NCBI GenBank assembly: GCA_964606405.1
Contig: CAZSGH010000002.1
Location: forward strand, 34,719 to 98,718
Reading direction: 5' to 3'
DNA from: an uncultured Francisella sp.
Lineage (GTDB): Bacteria; Pseudomonadota; Gammaproteobacteria; Thiomicrospirales; Thiomicrospiraceae
Length of the DNA: 64,000 bases
Shown piece after piece: positions 37,359-45,580 of the stretch (position 1 is its first letter; each line of letters starts with the position of its first letter). Under the pieces are notes generated by a model. It searched no databases. It saw only the letters and a program-made list of their open reading frames with translations, and was not told the DNA's origin. The position numbers and the translations under genes are program-made.

Positions 37359-37386
37359 AAAGGGGAAGAACATTCCCCTTTTTTAA
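37359..37386 (+). terminator. Hairpin plus T6; the stronger U-tract is on the plus strand
   Basis: AAAGGGGAA-gaaca-TTCCCCTTT followed by TTTT on the plus strand. The minus strand has only TTT. Confidence 0.45.
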
Positions 37387-37387
37387 G

Positions 37388-37927
37388 TTAATCGTCAATC
37401 TGTACACTCTCAAACCCACAACTGACCTTCTTAGTCTTGAGAAACTGATTGACCTCATGCAAGGTTAGCATGTCTCTATTGTGCAAAAGCTCAATACTTT
37501 CACGAAAGGTGGCGAGTTGTTGATAGTGCTTCTTCGCAAAAGCTACAATGCCATCCTCATAACTTGGCGCACTAGTTAGAAGAATACTAATATTTCGTGT
37601 TTGTTGAAACAGATCATCGCTTAACCACAATGAATGAGAAGATATTTCATTGATAATCGTGTGTGCATCTAGTAAACCATTCTTGTGTGAAAGCAGGATA
37701 TGGTACGGTAGTCTGTCATCGTCAATGACTGCTGTTTTTAAACTAGTAATCAGTTGTTGTATTGACTCGTATGCAGCGATTCGCTTTGCGATAACTAACT
37801 TGTAATAATCATGTTCATACCCACGATCTTTTACTCTGAGATTAAATCGCCCCGCTATGACTGCACCAATTGTGCCACCAATCACAGAGCTAGAAAGTAT
37901 TGCGATAACAAGTTGCTCAGTGGACAT
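37388..37927 (-). CDS. Hypothetical protein with N-terminal TM helix
   Basis: 179 aa. No family recognised. Confidence 0.45.
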   Translation of the reverse strand: MSTEQLVIAILSSSVIGGTIGAVIAGRFNLRVKDRGYEHDYYKLVIAKRIAAYESIQQLITSLKTAVIDDDRLPYHILLSHKNGLLDAHTIINEISSHSLWLSDDLFQQTRNISILLTSAPSYEDGIVAFAKKHYQQLATFRESIELLHNRDMLTLHEVNQFLKTKKVSCGFESVQIDD

Positions 37928-38133
37928 AATTAAGCTCGTTTAAAACTAAAAGTATCCCCATTGAATACTTCAGCAACAGGACTGGAAAGTTTAATACCAT
38001 ATTAGAAAGCCCTCTTATGACAGTGAATTCGGAGCTGCTCAACACGATAAATAAAATTATTGTTGTACATGATATCATTGAGGTGTGTGAAAAAGACAGA
38101 ATCATAGGCTGTTAATTTTTTAAGGAATAGATT

Positions 38134-38694
38134 GTGGTATATATAGTAAATCGCCTGTACATTGAGTTAAAAAAAGATATCCTATTCTTTGGCTCTTGTG
38201 GGGTATTAGTTGTATCTTTTTTCATATTACGCAGTGCATTTCAAGCACAAGGTGTCGGCTCCTCAGCATCATGGCCAGATGATCTTTTTTCTGATTTTAT
38301 ATCACTTGATGTCTTTGCCTTTTTATCGTTTGGATTTATTGTTCTAGCTTCTATCAATACTGCGATCTATTTGCTAGGTAAATCATGTACACGGCTTGAG
38401 GCTATAATTCAACATATTGAAAACCGCTTTACTCAACTTACAAGCTCAATCATGTCATTTAGTATCGGAATGGCCGTTGCTGCACTTGGTCATGCCATGA
38501 TGACATACACAGCTGGTGGTTTGGAGCTTGCCCTATTATTATTTGTGCTTAATACTTTACTGTTTGCTGGTTACTATGCAACGCTTTTATATGCTACTCG
38601 AGAGAAGCCTTTTGATAATTGGTGGGGTATATCAATTGGATTAACCCTAACATGTGCATGCTTTCTTTACCTTATCTTGAAAAATGTAAATTGA
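38134..38694 (+). CDS. Multi-TM membrane protein
   Basis: 186 aa with 5 hydrophobic segments, convergent with the cassette array. Confidence 0.5.
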   Translation: MVYIVNRLYIELKKDILFFGSCGVLVVSFFILRSAFQAQGVGSSASWPDDLFSDFISLDVFAFLSFGFIVLASINTAIYLLGKSCTRLEAIIQHIENRFTQLTSSIMSFSIGMAVAALGHAMMTYTAGGLELALLLFVLNTLLFAGYYATLLYATREKPFDNWWGISIGLTLTCACFLYLILKNVN

Positions 38695-38732
38695 GTAAAC
38701 CACTAATAAGGTGCTAAGAAAAACGTACTTTA

Positions 38733-38937
38733 GGTGTCGACCGCATAGCGGCGGAACCATGCTCAATCATTATTGTTTGCTACAATCAGTATTGATGGGG
38801 CATGGTTTGGGTAGTGGTGAAAGCAGGGCAGTAATCATATTCGGCTACTGCTGTTCCAACCCTAACTCGAATCGGCAATGCCCAGCTGAACTGGTCAAGT
38901 CGCACAGCCTCCCTCGCCCTCATCCGCAGTCTGTCCG
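38733..38937 (-). repeat. Conserved non-coding element, copy 1 (core only)
   Basis: About 90% identical to 40784..41078 apart from a 90-nt indel. Substitutions are spread evenly over all codon positions in every frame. Confidence 0.85.
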
Positions 38938-38960
38938 CCTTGCACGTATTGTTAGGGTAT

Positions 38961-39902
38961 TTATTTGGCATGCGTAATAGCGTTTCTTGAATCTGAAATT
39001 ACTCGGTCATAGCGCTCAATAAAGACAAGCATCTTGTCGGGGCTTTCTTGAAATGTCTTAATCCAACGAGATAATGCCTGCGCTATTTCATCTATTAAAT
39101 CTTTAAAGTTGAAGTATTGAGTGCCTAGGTCGGGATTTGGAATATATCCACTTCTTGCGACACAAAAGCTAATTCTCTTTTCTTTTCCGGACAAGACTTT
39201 TCTGGAATTCAAATTAGACATGTGAAGAACTGAATTCCGAAGCTCCCACAGTTGATGCTCGGTAATTTCCAATTTTTCAATTGATGCATACTTTGTTAAC
39301 CATTGAACGAAACCTTCTTTAACATCACCAAGCTCGAGATATGCGATCGTATCGATGAATGAAACAAGAAGCTTCATACACGATACATAGTGCTTTGCGT
39401 TAAAAAGAAGTTTTATTGCATTAAAGTAATCGTCGTTCAGCAATCGAGGCATATCAAAACCATCTGGCGTGATGTACGACTCCAGGTAATCTGCCATCAT
39501 ACCTTTGCCGAGCTTTGGATGATCTTCAAATGAGCTCACATAGAATGGATCATACCCGTGTGAGACATCTATCCGCGCCTCACCATTTACAATTGGAGTA
39601 ATGCAGAAAAGTGGGCTTTCAGGAGCATTGTGGCTAGCGAAAAACTCTTCAAAGACCTCCATGCTTCTCCCCGCCCTCACCAGTGCCATGTAGGAAGAGT
39701 ACTTAAATATGCCATCGGAAGTACCAATCGTACATGACCGCACGTTAGCAATATCTGCTATTAAGCAGTCGCTAGAAACAGATCTTCTAAGGAGTTCCAT
39801 TTTTTCTTCATCAGAGCCATCCATTTCATGCACTGCCACACCGAGCTGACTAATTTTTTCACCGTCAGTATAGAGAAAGCAGTTAAATATTTTTTCCTTC
39901 AT
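38961..39902 (-). CDS. Cassette protein with possible C-terminal HEPN-like domain
   Basis: 313 aa. WELRNSVLHM fits the Rx4H motif. No family recognised otherwise. Confidence 0.5.
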   Translation of the reverse strand: MKEKIFNCFLYTDGEKISQLGVAVHEMDGSDEEKMELLRRSVSSDCLIADIANVRSCTIGTSDGIFKYSSYMALVRAGRSMEVFEEFFASHNAPESPLFCITPIVNGEARIDVSHGYDPFYVSSFEDHPKLGKGMMADYLESYITPDGFDMPRLLNDDYFNAIKLLFNAKHYVSCMKLLVSFIDTIAYLELGDVKEGFVQWLTKYASIEKLEITEHQLWELRNSVLHMSNLNSRKVLSGKEKRISFCVARSGYIPNPDLGTQYFNFKDLIDEIAQALSRWIKTFQESPDKMLVFIERYDRVISDSRNAITHAK

Positions 39903-39931
39903 ATAGACCTTAGAAATTTCTCGTGGTCAAA

Positions 39932-39997
39932 CACCCTAACGTGGAGTTGAGTCGCCGACGCGTCTTTTCGCGAAGGTCGCCTCGAGTGCAGTGTTGT
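39932..39997 (-). other. attC-like site
   Basis: Minus strand: GCACAAC...TCGAGGCGACC..CGCG-aaaaga-CGCG..GTTAGGG. It shares TCGAGGCGACC with the site at 41137. Confidence 0.6.
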
Positions 39998-40017
39998 GCG
40001 CCTGTGGCGCAAAACGT

Positions 40018-40554
40018 TTAGAACTCATGAGGCTCGATGCCGAAAGAGATGTTTGAATAGCAGATCTTTGGATTTCCTGGATGCGGTGCATAGGACGAAC
40101 CGATGGCGATCTTATACACGGCCTTCCCCTCGAAGAGATTTCTTAGTTCGTCAGCGCGGTCTCTGAACCGATAGACGCCCTTATTCTTCAACTGGCCAAA
40201 AACCAGAAGGAACTCATTGTTCTCCGCTATAGCTTTACGCAAATCGAGATAGCATTTTGGATCTTTCGGAGAATCAGTATTGACTTTCTTGGTATCGATC
40301 CGCGAGTAGAGATTCAGCATGAGTATCTTGCCGACGTGATGGAAGTGCTCGAAAACGAACCGCTCAATGTATTCGACCGTCTTATCAGCGTGATCTGCAT
40401 TGGCGCAACTCGGGTTCTGCCCAATTACACAAAGTGTATGACCATCTTCCCTATCGAAGAACGGAAGGCAAAGCTTGCACCTGTGCTCTCCGTTGGCCGA
40501 AAAAACGGCTTCGATTTTTGACTTATCAACTTTAGCGAAGTGAGGAGTTCTCAT
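40018..40554 (-). CDS. DUF1643-like protein
   Basis: Start taken at MRTPHF. CVIGQNPSCANADHADKTV resembles the DUF1643 signature (.NPS.A....D.T). Confidence 0.6.
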   Translation of the reverse strand: MRTPHFAKVDKSKIEAVFSANGEHRCKLCLPFFDREDGHTLCVIGQNPSCANADHADKTVEYIERFVFEHFHHVGKILMLNLYSRIDTKKVNTDSPKDPKCYLDLRKAIAENNEFLLVFGQLKNKGVYRFRDRADELRNLFEGKAVYKIAIGSSYAPHPGNPKICYSNISFGIEPHEF

Positions 40555-40577
40555 TGGAATGGATACCCACAACCCTG

Positions 40578-41100
40578 ATTATACGGCAAGCCTGCCGTAT
40601 AACACCCACTAACAGTTTTCATCATAATCAAAACCTCTCCTACCACTTCATTTTAATGTGCTGCATGACATATATCAGCACCTACTTTGGCAAGATAATA
40701 GCACAACAATTAATAACTGTGTACAGTCTTAGTTAAGCATTAATAGCGCAAATGAATCCATATTAAACGGCATTATGCCCATTGGTGTCGACCGCATAGC
40801 GGCGGCGCCATGCTCAATTATTATTAGTTGCTGCAGTCAGTATTGATAGGGCATGGTTTGGGGTTATCACCCTCGACGATTTTCTGTTCGCGGGTACTAA
40901 ACCAGCTCAAAATCGGTTTAGCAGGTAGGCTAATTTTGTGCGGTGACTTGGGTAGTTGTGAAAGCAGGGTAGGCATCATATTCGGCTACTGCTGCTCCAA
41001 CCCTAACTCGAATCGGCGATGCCCAGCTGAACTGGTCAAGTCGCACTGCTCCCCTCGCCTTCATCCGCAGTCTGTCCGACTGCTTTCGTGTCGGGATTGG
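40578..41100 (-). repeat. Conserved non-coding element, copy 2 (full length, 523 nt)
   Basis: Fills the 5' part of the DUF1643 cassette. Ends in a perfect 10-bp hairpin TTATACGGCA-ggct-TGCCGTATAA. Contains a -10-like TTAAAAT box and a short leader ORF. Confidence 0.85.
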
Positions 41101-41136
41101 TAGAATGGGCAATTCAATTAGCCACGGATTCTTGCA

Positions 41137-41202
41137 AACTAACATACAAGCAACCTGCCTGCTCAGCCTTTCGAACTGGTCGCCTCGAACGAAGTGTTAG
41201 AC
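41137..41202 (-). other. attC-like site
   Basis: Minus strand: GTCTAAC (overlaps the stop codon) ... GTTAGTT. Confidence 0.65.
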
Positions 41203-41859
41203 TGTACGCTTTACAATGCGAGTTGTGATCGCGTGCGCCGGTTGAATAATGGCTTCTCTTCGGGTGTATCGCTCTTTATCTTGATCGTAATAGAGACCTA
41301 TTTCTCCAATTCTGCACTCCAGAAATTCGACTCCAAGCATTTGACCAAGTGGCTTCATCGCTCCGAGACGGTTTGCCTCCGTGCGGTTTCCATGAGTCTC
41401 GATAGCGATAGAGGTACTGCAAGCTTTGTACCCAGTTGAGCTATAGTCAATGACAAGACCTTCACCGGTTGTTTGTTCCATATCACTGGATTGAGATGCA
41501 ACAGCCTTGCTTGAGCCTCGCCAGTTGGTCTTTGCCTGAAAGGGAAGACCCTTCTGACGAAGAGTTTCTCCGAACTCATTAGACACAGATATTTGGAACA
41601 AGCCGTCAGAACCGTATAAGCGCTCAGGAGCATTGATGCCTCGCCCACGGAGCTTCCGATAGGAGACTTGTACCGTGTACTCCCCTGAAGAGCCAGTGAA
41701 CGTGATTGGACTTTTCATTGCTAACGCCTGGCCTAATGCCCCAGTTAGCGCGTCTTCATCTGCACTATTATCGTCGAAGCTTGCTTCGGCTGTCGCTACC
41801 CCTGCTATGTAACGGTCACGAAGAAAGTCAATTAGATGAGAGGGCAGTAAATCACGCAT
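41197..41859 (-). CDS. Cassette protein, unknown (possible D..QxK nuclease-like core)
   Basis: 220 aa with GSDGLFQISV ... KGLPFQAKTN. The assignment is weak. Confidence 0.5.
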   Translation of the reverse strand: MRDLLPSHLIDFLRDRYIAGVATAEASFDDNSADEDALTGALGQALAMKSPITFTGSSGEYTVQVSYRKLRGRGINAPERLYGSDGLFQISVSNEFGETLRQKGLPFQAKTNWRGSSKAVASQSSDMEQTTGEGLVIDYSSTGYKACSTSIAIETHGNRTEANRLGAMKPLGQMLGVEFLECRIGEIGLYYDQDKERYTRREAIIQPAHAITTRIVKRTV

Positions 41860-41884
41860 ACCATATCCTTTTGTTGTGTTTGCA

Positions 41885-41938
41885 GTTTAACGTCAGAGTT
41901 AACCAGGCCGCGTGCTTTCGGCATCGATCTGGTTGAGC
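41885..41938 (-). other. attC-like site
   Basis: Minus strand: GCTCAAC-CCAG-atcgat-GCCG-aaagcacg-CGGC-CTGG...GTTAAAC, with an asymmetric bulge. Confidence 0.7.
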
Positions 41939-42750
41939 GATTTGTTAGGGATCTGTTCCGGGATTGACCGGAACCAGTACTTAAAACCTCTTTCTAATAT
42001 TTCCTTATCAAAGAGTTTTTGCTCCATATTCATAAATACATACCCGTATTGGTTGAGCAACACTAGCTGAATTTCATAGCCACCTGCTTCTAGGTATTTA
42101 TTCAACTCTTTTTCTTTAGGCAAAATAACTGTGGTCTTGGTTGTTTTATGAGGGGCTATGGAAATCATTCCATTTACCGTCATACCATTTTCTGGTATCT
42201 GCACTTTTGCGCTGCCACTATATATAACAGATTGGGTCCCTGGAGAAACGGAACGCACAATATAAAATTCCGCCTTCCTATCTAAATCCGAGTTTTCATT
42301 CCATGTACTTTCAATCGTAACAGGTATCTTGATTTCCTGAAGCGCAACCTGCTGCTCTTCATTACCTTTTTTTGACGAGGATTCCAAATTTATTGTGTTA
42401 ATGAAGTTGCCAATGAATATAAGCAAAACACCAGCAATTACGCTGACCATTAAATTACCGACAAATCCTTCGTGCCATGACTTCTTGACGATTCTCTGAA
42501 CCTCGTTAGATATGGGTATGCGCTCAGAATCAGCCGATTTATCATCGGGTCCATTTGCTGACAAAAGCTCATCAATTAGATCTTTTATTGCTCTTCTATA
42601 ACCAGACCCTTCATCCCGATTACTTAATTGGTAGTCCGCTTTTTTAAGCACCGAAAGGGGAAATGACTCTAGCTCTGAGCGGTCACCATTCTTTAAGTAC
42701 CGCATTGCGGCACCCATAACCGCTTGCGATTCTTCATCTCTTGCTACCAT
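41899..42750 (-). CDS. Cassette protein, bitopic membrane protein of unknown function
   Basis: 283 aa with a single central TM helix (LMVSVIAGVLLIFIGNFI) and a beta-rich C-terminal half. Confidence 0.5.
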   Translation of the reverse strand: MVARDEESQAVMGAAMRYLKNGDRSELESFPLSVLKKADYQLSNRDEGSGYRRAIKDLIDELLSANGPDDKSADSERIPISNEVQRIVKKSWHEGFVGNLMVSVIAGVLLIFIGNFINTINLESSSKKGNEEQQVALQEIKIPVTIESTWNENSDLDRKAEFYIVRSVSPGTQSVIYSGSAKVQIPENGMTVNGMISIAPHKTTKTTVILPKEKELNKYLEAGGYEIQLVLLNQYGYVFMNMEQKLFDKEILERGFKYWFRSIPEQIPNKSLNQIDAESTRPG

Positions 42751-42763
42751 ATTTCTTATTGAT

Positions 42764-42817
42764 TCCTAACGTTTGAATTCAACGAGCTGGGCGGATTTTG
42801 CTCAGATCTGGTGAAAT
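42764..42817 (-). other. attC-like site (outer boundary uncertain)
   Basis: Minus strand: ATTTCAC...GAGC-aaaatccgccca-GCTC...GTTAGGA. Confidence 0.5.
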
Positions 42818-42834
42818 GATGGGGCAAGCGGCAA

Positions 42835-43356
42835 CTACGCATGGTTATTGACCGCTTTCCAAAGGGTGAAGACTGCTGGGTCGTTAATGCCCAAGTCGGA
42901 GAGTTTGTCAGCGATGCCGTTGACGTAGGATAAGCATGTGCCATCAGTGCCTGACGCAGCCAACACCATTGCGGCTAGCTCTTCGGTAGCCCTTCCTTCA
43001 ATGACATTTTGTCCGTTGTAGAGCGGGACAAGGGCCGACACTTCCGATTGATCCACAAGGCATACCAATAGCTTGTGAAGTCGGAATGCTTTTCCCTCTC
43101 GCTCTTCGAGGTAGGACAGAACTTCCACCTCCTGCGCATCTGGGAATTGAAAAGCAATGCCTCGACAAACGCTGGCATCAAGCTTAGAGAGATTGAGAGT
43201 TGGACCAGGAGCAGCTTTCGTACCCCAATTCCGCACCGATGCTTTGTTGAACCTGCGGCAATAGCCAGGGAGGTCAGCCACTGCTCGGCGAGTACAGCCA
43301 TGCTTGGCTTCCCAACCATCCCACATAAGCGACCCGTACCCAAACACCCACATCAT
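42835..43356 (-). CDS. Gamma-glutamylcyclotransferase-like (AIG2/ChaC family) protein
   Basis: Start at MMWVFGYGSLMWDGW, the typical FGYGSL N-terminal motif. Confidence 0.65.
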   Translation of the reverse strand: MMWVFGYGSLMWDGWEAKHGCTRRAVADLPGYCRRFNKASVRNWGTKAAPGPTLNLSKLDASVCRGIAFQFPDAQEVEVLSYLEEREGKAFRLHKLLVCLVDQSEVSALVPLYNGQNVIEGRATEELAAMVLAASGTDGTCLSYVNGIADKLSDLGINDPAVFTLWKAVNNHA

Positions 43357-43389
43357 CAATTCCTCAGTAGATCGGCGGTAGCTGTTGCC

Positions 43390-43446
43390 GCCCAACGTAA
43401 AATTAGCCGGCTCCGCGCTTTTGCGGAGTCCAGGTTGAATTTGGGT
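43390..43446 (-). other. attC-like site
   Basis: Minus strand: ACCCAAA..CTGG-A-CTCCGC-aaaa-GCGGAGCCGG..GTTGGGC, with an extrahelical A. Confidence 0.7.
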
Positions 43447-44627
43447 CAGACCTCATCGGGATATTTGAACTGTAGCAAGAAATCATAAATGCTCTCGACC
43501 GTATACCTGATATCTTCGTCACAGCTCAATCCGTCTGGAAAAGTGTAATAGATCATTCGTTTTTCCTGCGGAACAATCTTGGGATAGGGTACGCAACCCT
43601 CCTCGAGTCCAGCAAGCATATCGTCGGGGATGGGCACAATGGTTACTCTCCACTCGTCTCCGAATTCATGTTTAATGCGTTTTGCTAAACGGGTTCTGAC
43701 GGCCTCCCAGCCCGGAATGTATTTAAGCGTAAGATCCAAGGCTACAACGACAGTTTGGTGTTGAGGTTCTGCGCCTGAATTCGGTGCAGTTGGTTTTGCA
43801 GTATTGTTGAGTGCTAAAGCCGCCACTCGCTCCCTCAGTGCCCTACAGATTTGCGTGTAGCCGTCGGGCGTGAATTCGTCAACCCAGTGCCGCTGAGAAA
43901 GACGGTCTGGAACGTCACAGACCTCCAACCGAATTGGAACGACAAATATCACGCCCTCAGGCTGCTCATCGGCGACGTCCAATGCAATTCGGATTTCCTT
44001 CTGTACGAAGCCAGATTTAATAGTTGAACGCGTGGAAAGGCAGACCAACACGACATCGGCAATTTTAACGGCGCGTCTGATTTCCAGTTGCCAGTCTTGA
44101 CCAGCAATTAGATCCTCTTCATCGAGCCATGGCGAGAAGCCATCTCGCTTGAGCTTGTGATACAGCTCGCGAACTTGTGGCTTGTCTTCAGAAGCGTGGC
44201 ACAAGAAAACTCGAAGTGGGCGATTGATAGGTGCCACTATCAATGGGGTACTCGCGGAATTGATCACCGGAGTCGCTAGTCCGTTCGCGGTGTGCATGAC
44301 GTGGTCGGAGAATTGAGGACCGAAACGTTTGATGATCTTCGAACGAAGCTGCTTCACCTCATCTGGCGTCGAAATTCCAAAACGATCACACAGATCTAAC
44401 AGGAACTCGTACTGATCCTTCGGCGAGAAAACCGCGAGATTCTGTTGAAGTGCTGTTCTTTTGTTTGGAGCGTCAAACGGATAAGTGCTGTGTGGAGGAT
44501 CAACATTGCAATCTACTGCCCGTGCGTTGCAGTACTCGACAATTTTAGAACCCGAGAGTCCACGTGAGGTATCCGCCAGAATCTCTGCTGCGTGGTTCAA
44601 AAAGGATGCGGGTATTCTGTCGGACAT
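43446..44627 (-). CDS. TIR-domain protein with unknown N- and C-terminal domains
   Basis: Start at MSDRIP with an AAGGAAG RBS. TIR core is RVFLCHASEDKPQVRELYHKLKRDGFSPWLDEEDLIAGQDW...VVLVCLS...FVQKEIRIAL, including the conserved Glu. Confidence 0.78.
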   Translation of the reverse strand: MSDRIPASFLNHAAEILADTSRGLSGSKIVEYCNARAVDCNVDPPHSTYPFDAPNKRTALQQNLAVFSPKDQYEFLLDLCDRFGISTPDEVKQLRSKIIKRFGPQFSDHVMHTANGLATPVINSASTPLIVAPINRPLRVFLCHASEDKPQVRELYHKLKRDGFSPWLDEEDLIAGQDWQLEIRRAVKIADVVLVCLSTRSTIKSGFVQKEIRIALDVADEQPEGVIFVVPIRLEVCDVPDRLSQRHWVDEFTPDGYTQICRALRERVAALALNNTAKPTAPNSGAEPQHQTVVVALDLTLKYIPGWEAVRTRLAKRIKHEFGDEWRVTIVPIPDDMLAGLEEGCVPYPKIVPQEKRMIYYTFPDGLSCDEDIRYTVESIYDFLLQFKYPDEV

Positions 44628-44641
44628 GCAGGTGCTTCCTT

Positions 44642-44689
44642 GGCTAACGTTCAAGCTAAGGGGCGGAGCGCTTTTGCGCCTGATTAGCT
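44642..44689 (-). other. attC-like site between the cyclase-like and TIR ORFs
   Basis: Minus strand: AGCTAAT-ca-GGCGC-aaaa-GCGC-T-CC..TTAGCT..GTTAGCC, with an extrahelical T. Confidence 0.55.
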
Positions 44690-45559
44690 TTTCTTTGTAT
44701 CGATGTTGCATAGGCAATCTTGATTCCGAGTGAAATTATTAGCTATCTCGTTGTGGTAGTTGGCAAGCCATTTGTATTTGGCTTTTACATCATCATCATT
44801 AGCACCAGTATAAGCACGTTTGATGTTTTCTGAATGTGTTTTTAGCCATTCATCGATATTCTGGCGATACCCTTCGTCCATGATTTTGTTTTTATCTTTC
44901 GGCGAAGAAAGGCGATATTCATCGGACCGCTCTTTTGATCTCTGCCATCCAACCCCTTCCAAGCATATGGTCATATAGTCAATGTAGAAATGCTTTTTAC
45001 CATTTATTTCCAGACATCTAAAAACTCTAGGTATTGGATCAAAATCATCGCTGTAGTACTCGCGATGGGAATGCTTTGAAAAATAATCATAAACTCGATC
45101 AGTGAGTGCGATAACTGGAACTGATACAGCAACTTCCGATTTATATGCGTTAACCATACTCTGGCTAATTAATGTGGCGTCCTTCTGATACCACCACCCA
45201 AGATCAAGGCCACCACGGATAAAGAGTGAATTGAGACAACAGACTCCTTGACCATAAGCAAAACTCGTAATCTCAGACATTATTGAGTCAAAAGTGCCTT
45301 CGAATTTCGTAGCTTCGGATTCGAGCGGTATATTAACCACCACACAATCTGAGAATGCCAAAACAGTTGTCTTGTGCATTTCTTGCACTTCGCGAGTTAA
45401 ATCATCGTCGGTTTCGAAATCAAAAGCGTCCTGAATGAGTTTTACGCCTTTATGTATTTCTTTGATGTCGTCTATGCTCTTCGCAGCAAGTACCTTGTTG
45501 CCAAAACCTAATATATCGATGAAGGCAGTGACTCCGACGGAAATATCTTTTTCGTCCAT
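44684..45559 (-). CDS. Nucleotidyl-cyclase-like (class III cyclase / palm-fold) protein
   Basis: 291 aa. VTAFIDILGFGNKV resembles F.DI.GFT, VLAFSDCVVV resembles the second metal Asp strand, and IRGGLDLG...ISQSMVNAYKSE resembles RIGIH.G...G..VN.A.R.E. No search was run. Confidence 0.5.
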   Translation of the reverse strand: MDEKDISVGVTAFIDILGFGNKVLAAKSIDDIKEIHKGVKLIQDAFDFETDDDLTREVQEMHKTTVLAFSDCVVVNIPLESEATKFEGTFDSIMSEITSFAYGQGVCCLNSLFIRGGLDLGWWYQKDATLISQSMVNAYKSEVAVSVPVIALTDRVYDYFSKHSHREYYSDDFDPIPRVFRCLEINGKKHFYIDYMTICLEGVGWQRSKERSDEYRLSSPKDKNKIMDEGYRQNIDEWLKTHSENIKRAYTGANDDDVKAKYKWLANYHNEIANNFTRNQDCLCNIDTKKS

Positions 45560-45580
45560 ATGGTATCGGTTGCTCTTGAA

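Noticed and set aside
38711-38977. Track ORFs inside the conserved element: 38711..38977 (+), 38786..38971 (-), 40828..41103 (+) and 40930..41145 (-)
   Set aside because: Differences between the copies are spread evenly over codon positions 1, 2 and 3 in all frames. One frame gains a TAG in copy 2. There are no RBS sequences. I treat them as non-coding.
40578-41100. Possibility that the conserved element is a group II (IIC-attC) intron, an IS1111-attC type IS or an IS200/IS605 end
   Set aside because: There is no GUGYG 5' end with a domain V-like hairpin. The 10-bp hairpin has no bulge, no GNRA loop and no AGC triad. There is no transposase or RT ORF, and it is too short. I cannot exclude a degenerate remnant without a model search.
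44628-44683. Treating the cyclase-like and TIR genes as a certain two-gene operon
   Set aside because: The spacer folds as an attC-like site with an extrahelical T and a GTTAGCC core. They may be independent cassettes, so I report the functional link only as a hypothesis.
43446-44717. Long N-terminal extensions given by the ORF track for several genes: TIR 44717, peptidase 36949, DUF3275 62519, 62846..63181, brnT 58792, brnA 58665, trmD 1434 and ffh 3862
   Set aside because: The extensions overlap upstream genes, attC sites or RNA motifs and lack RBS sequences. Internal starts have good RBS sequences or match known N-termini, so I used the shorter coordinates.
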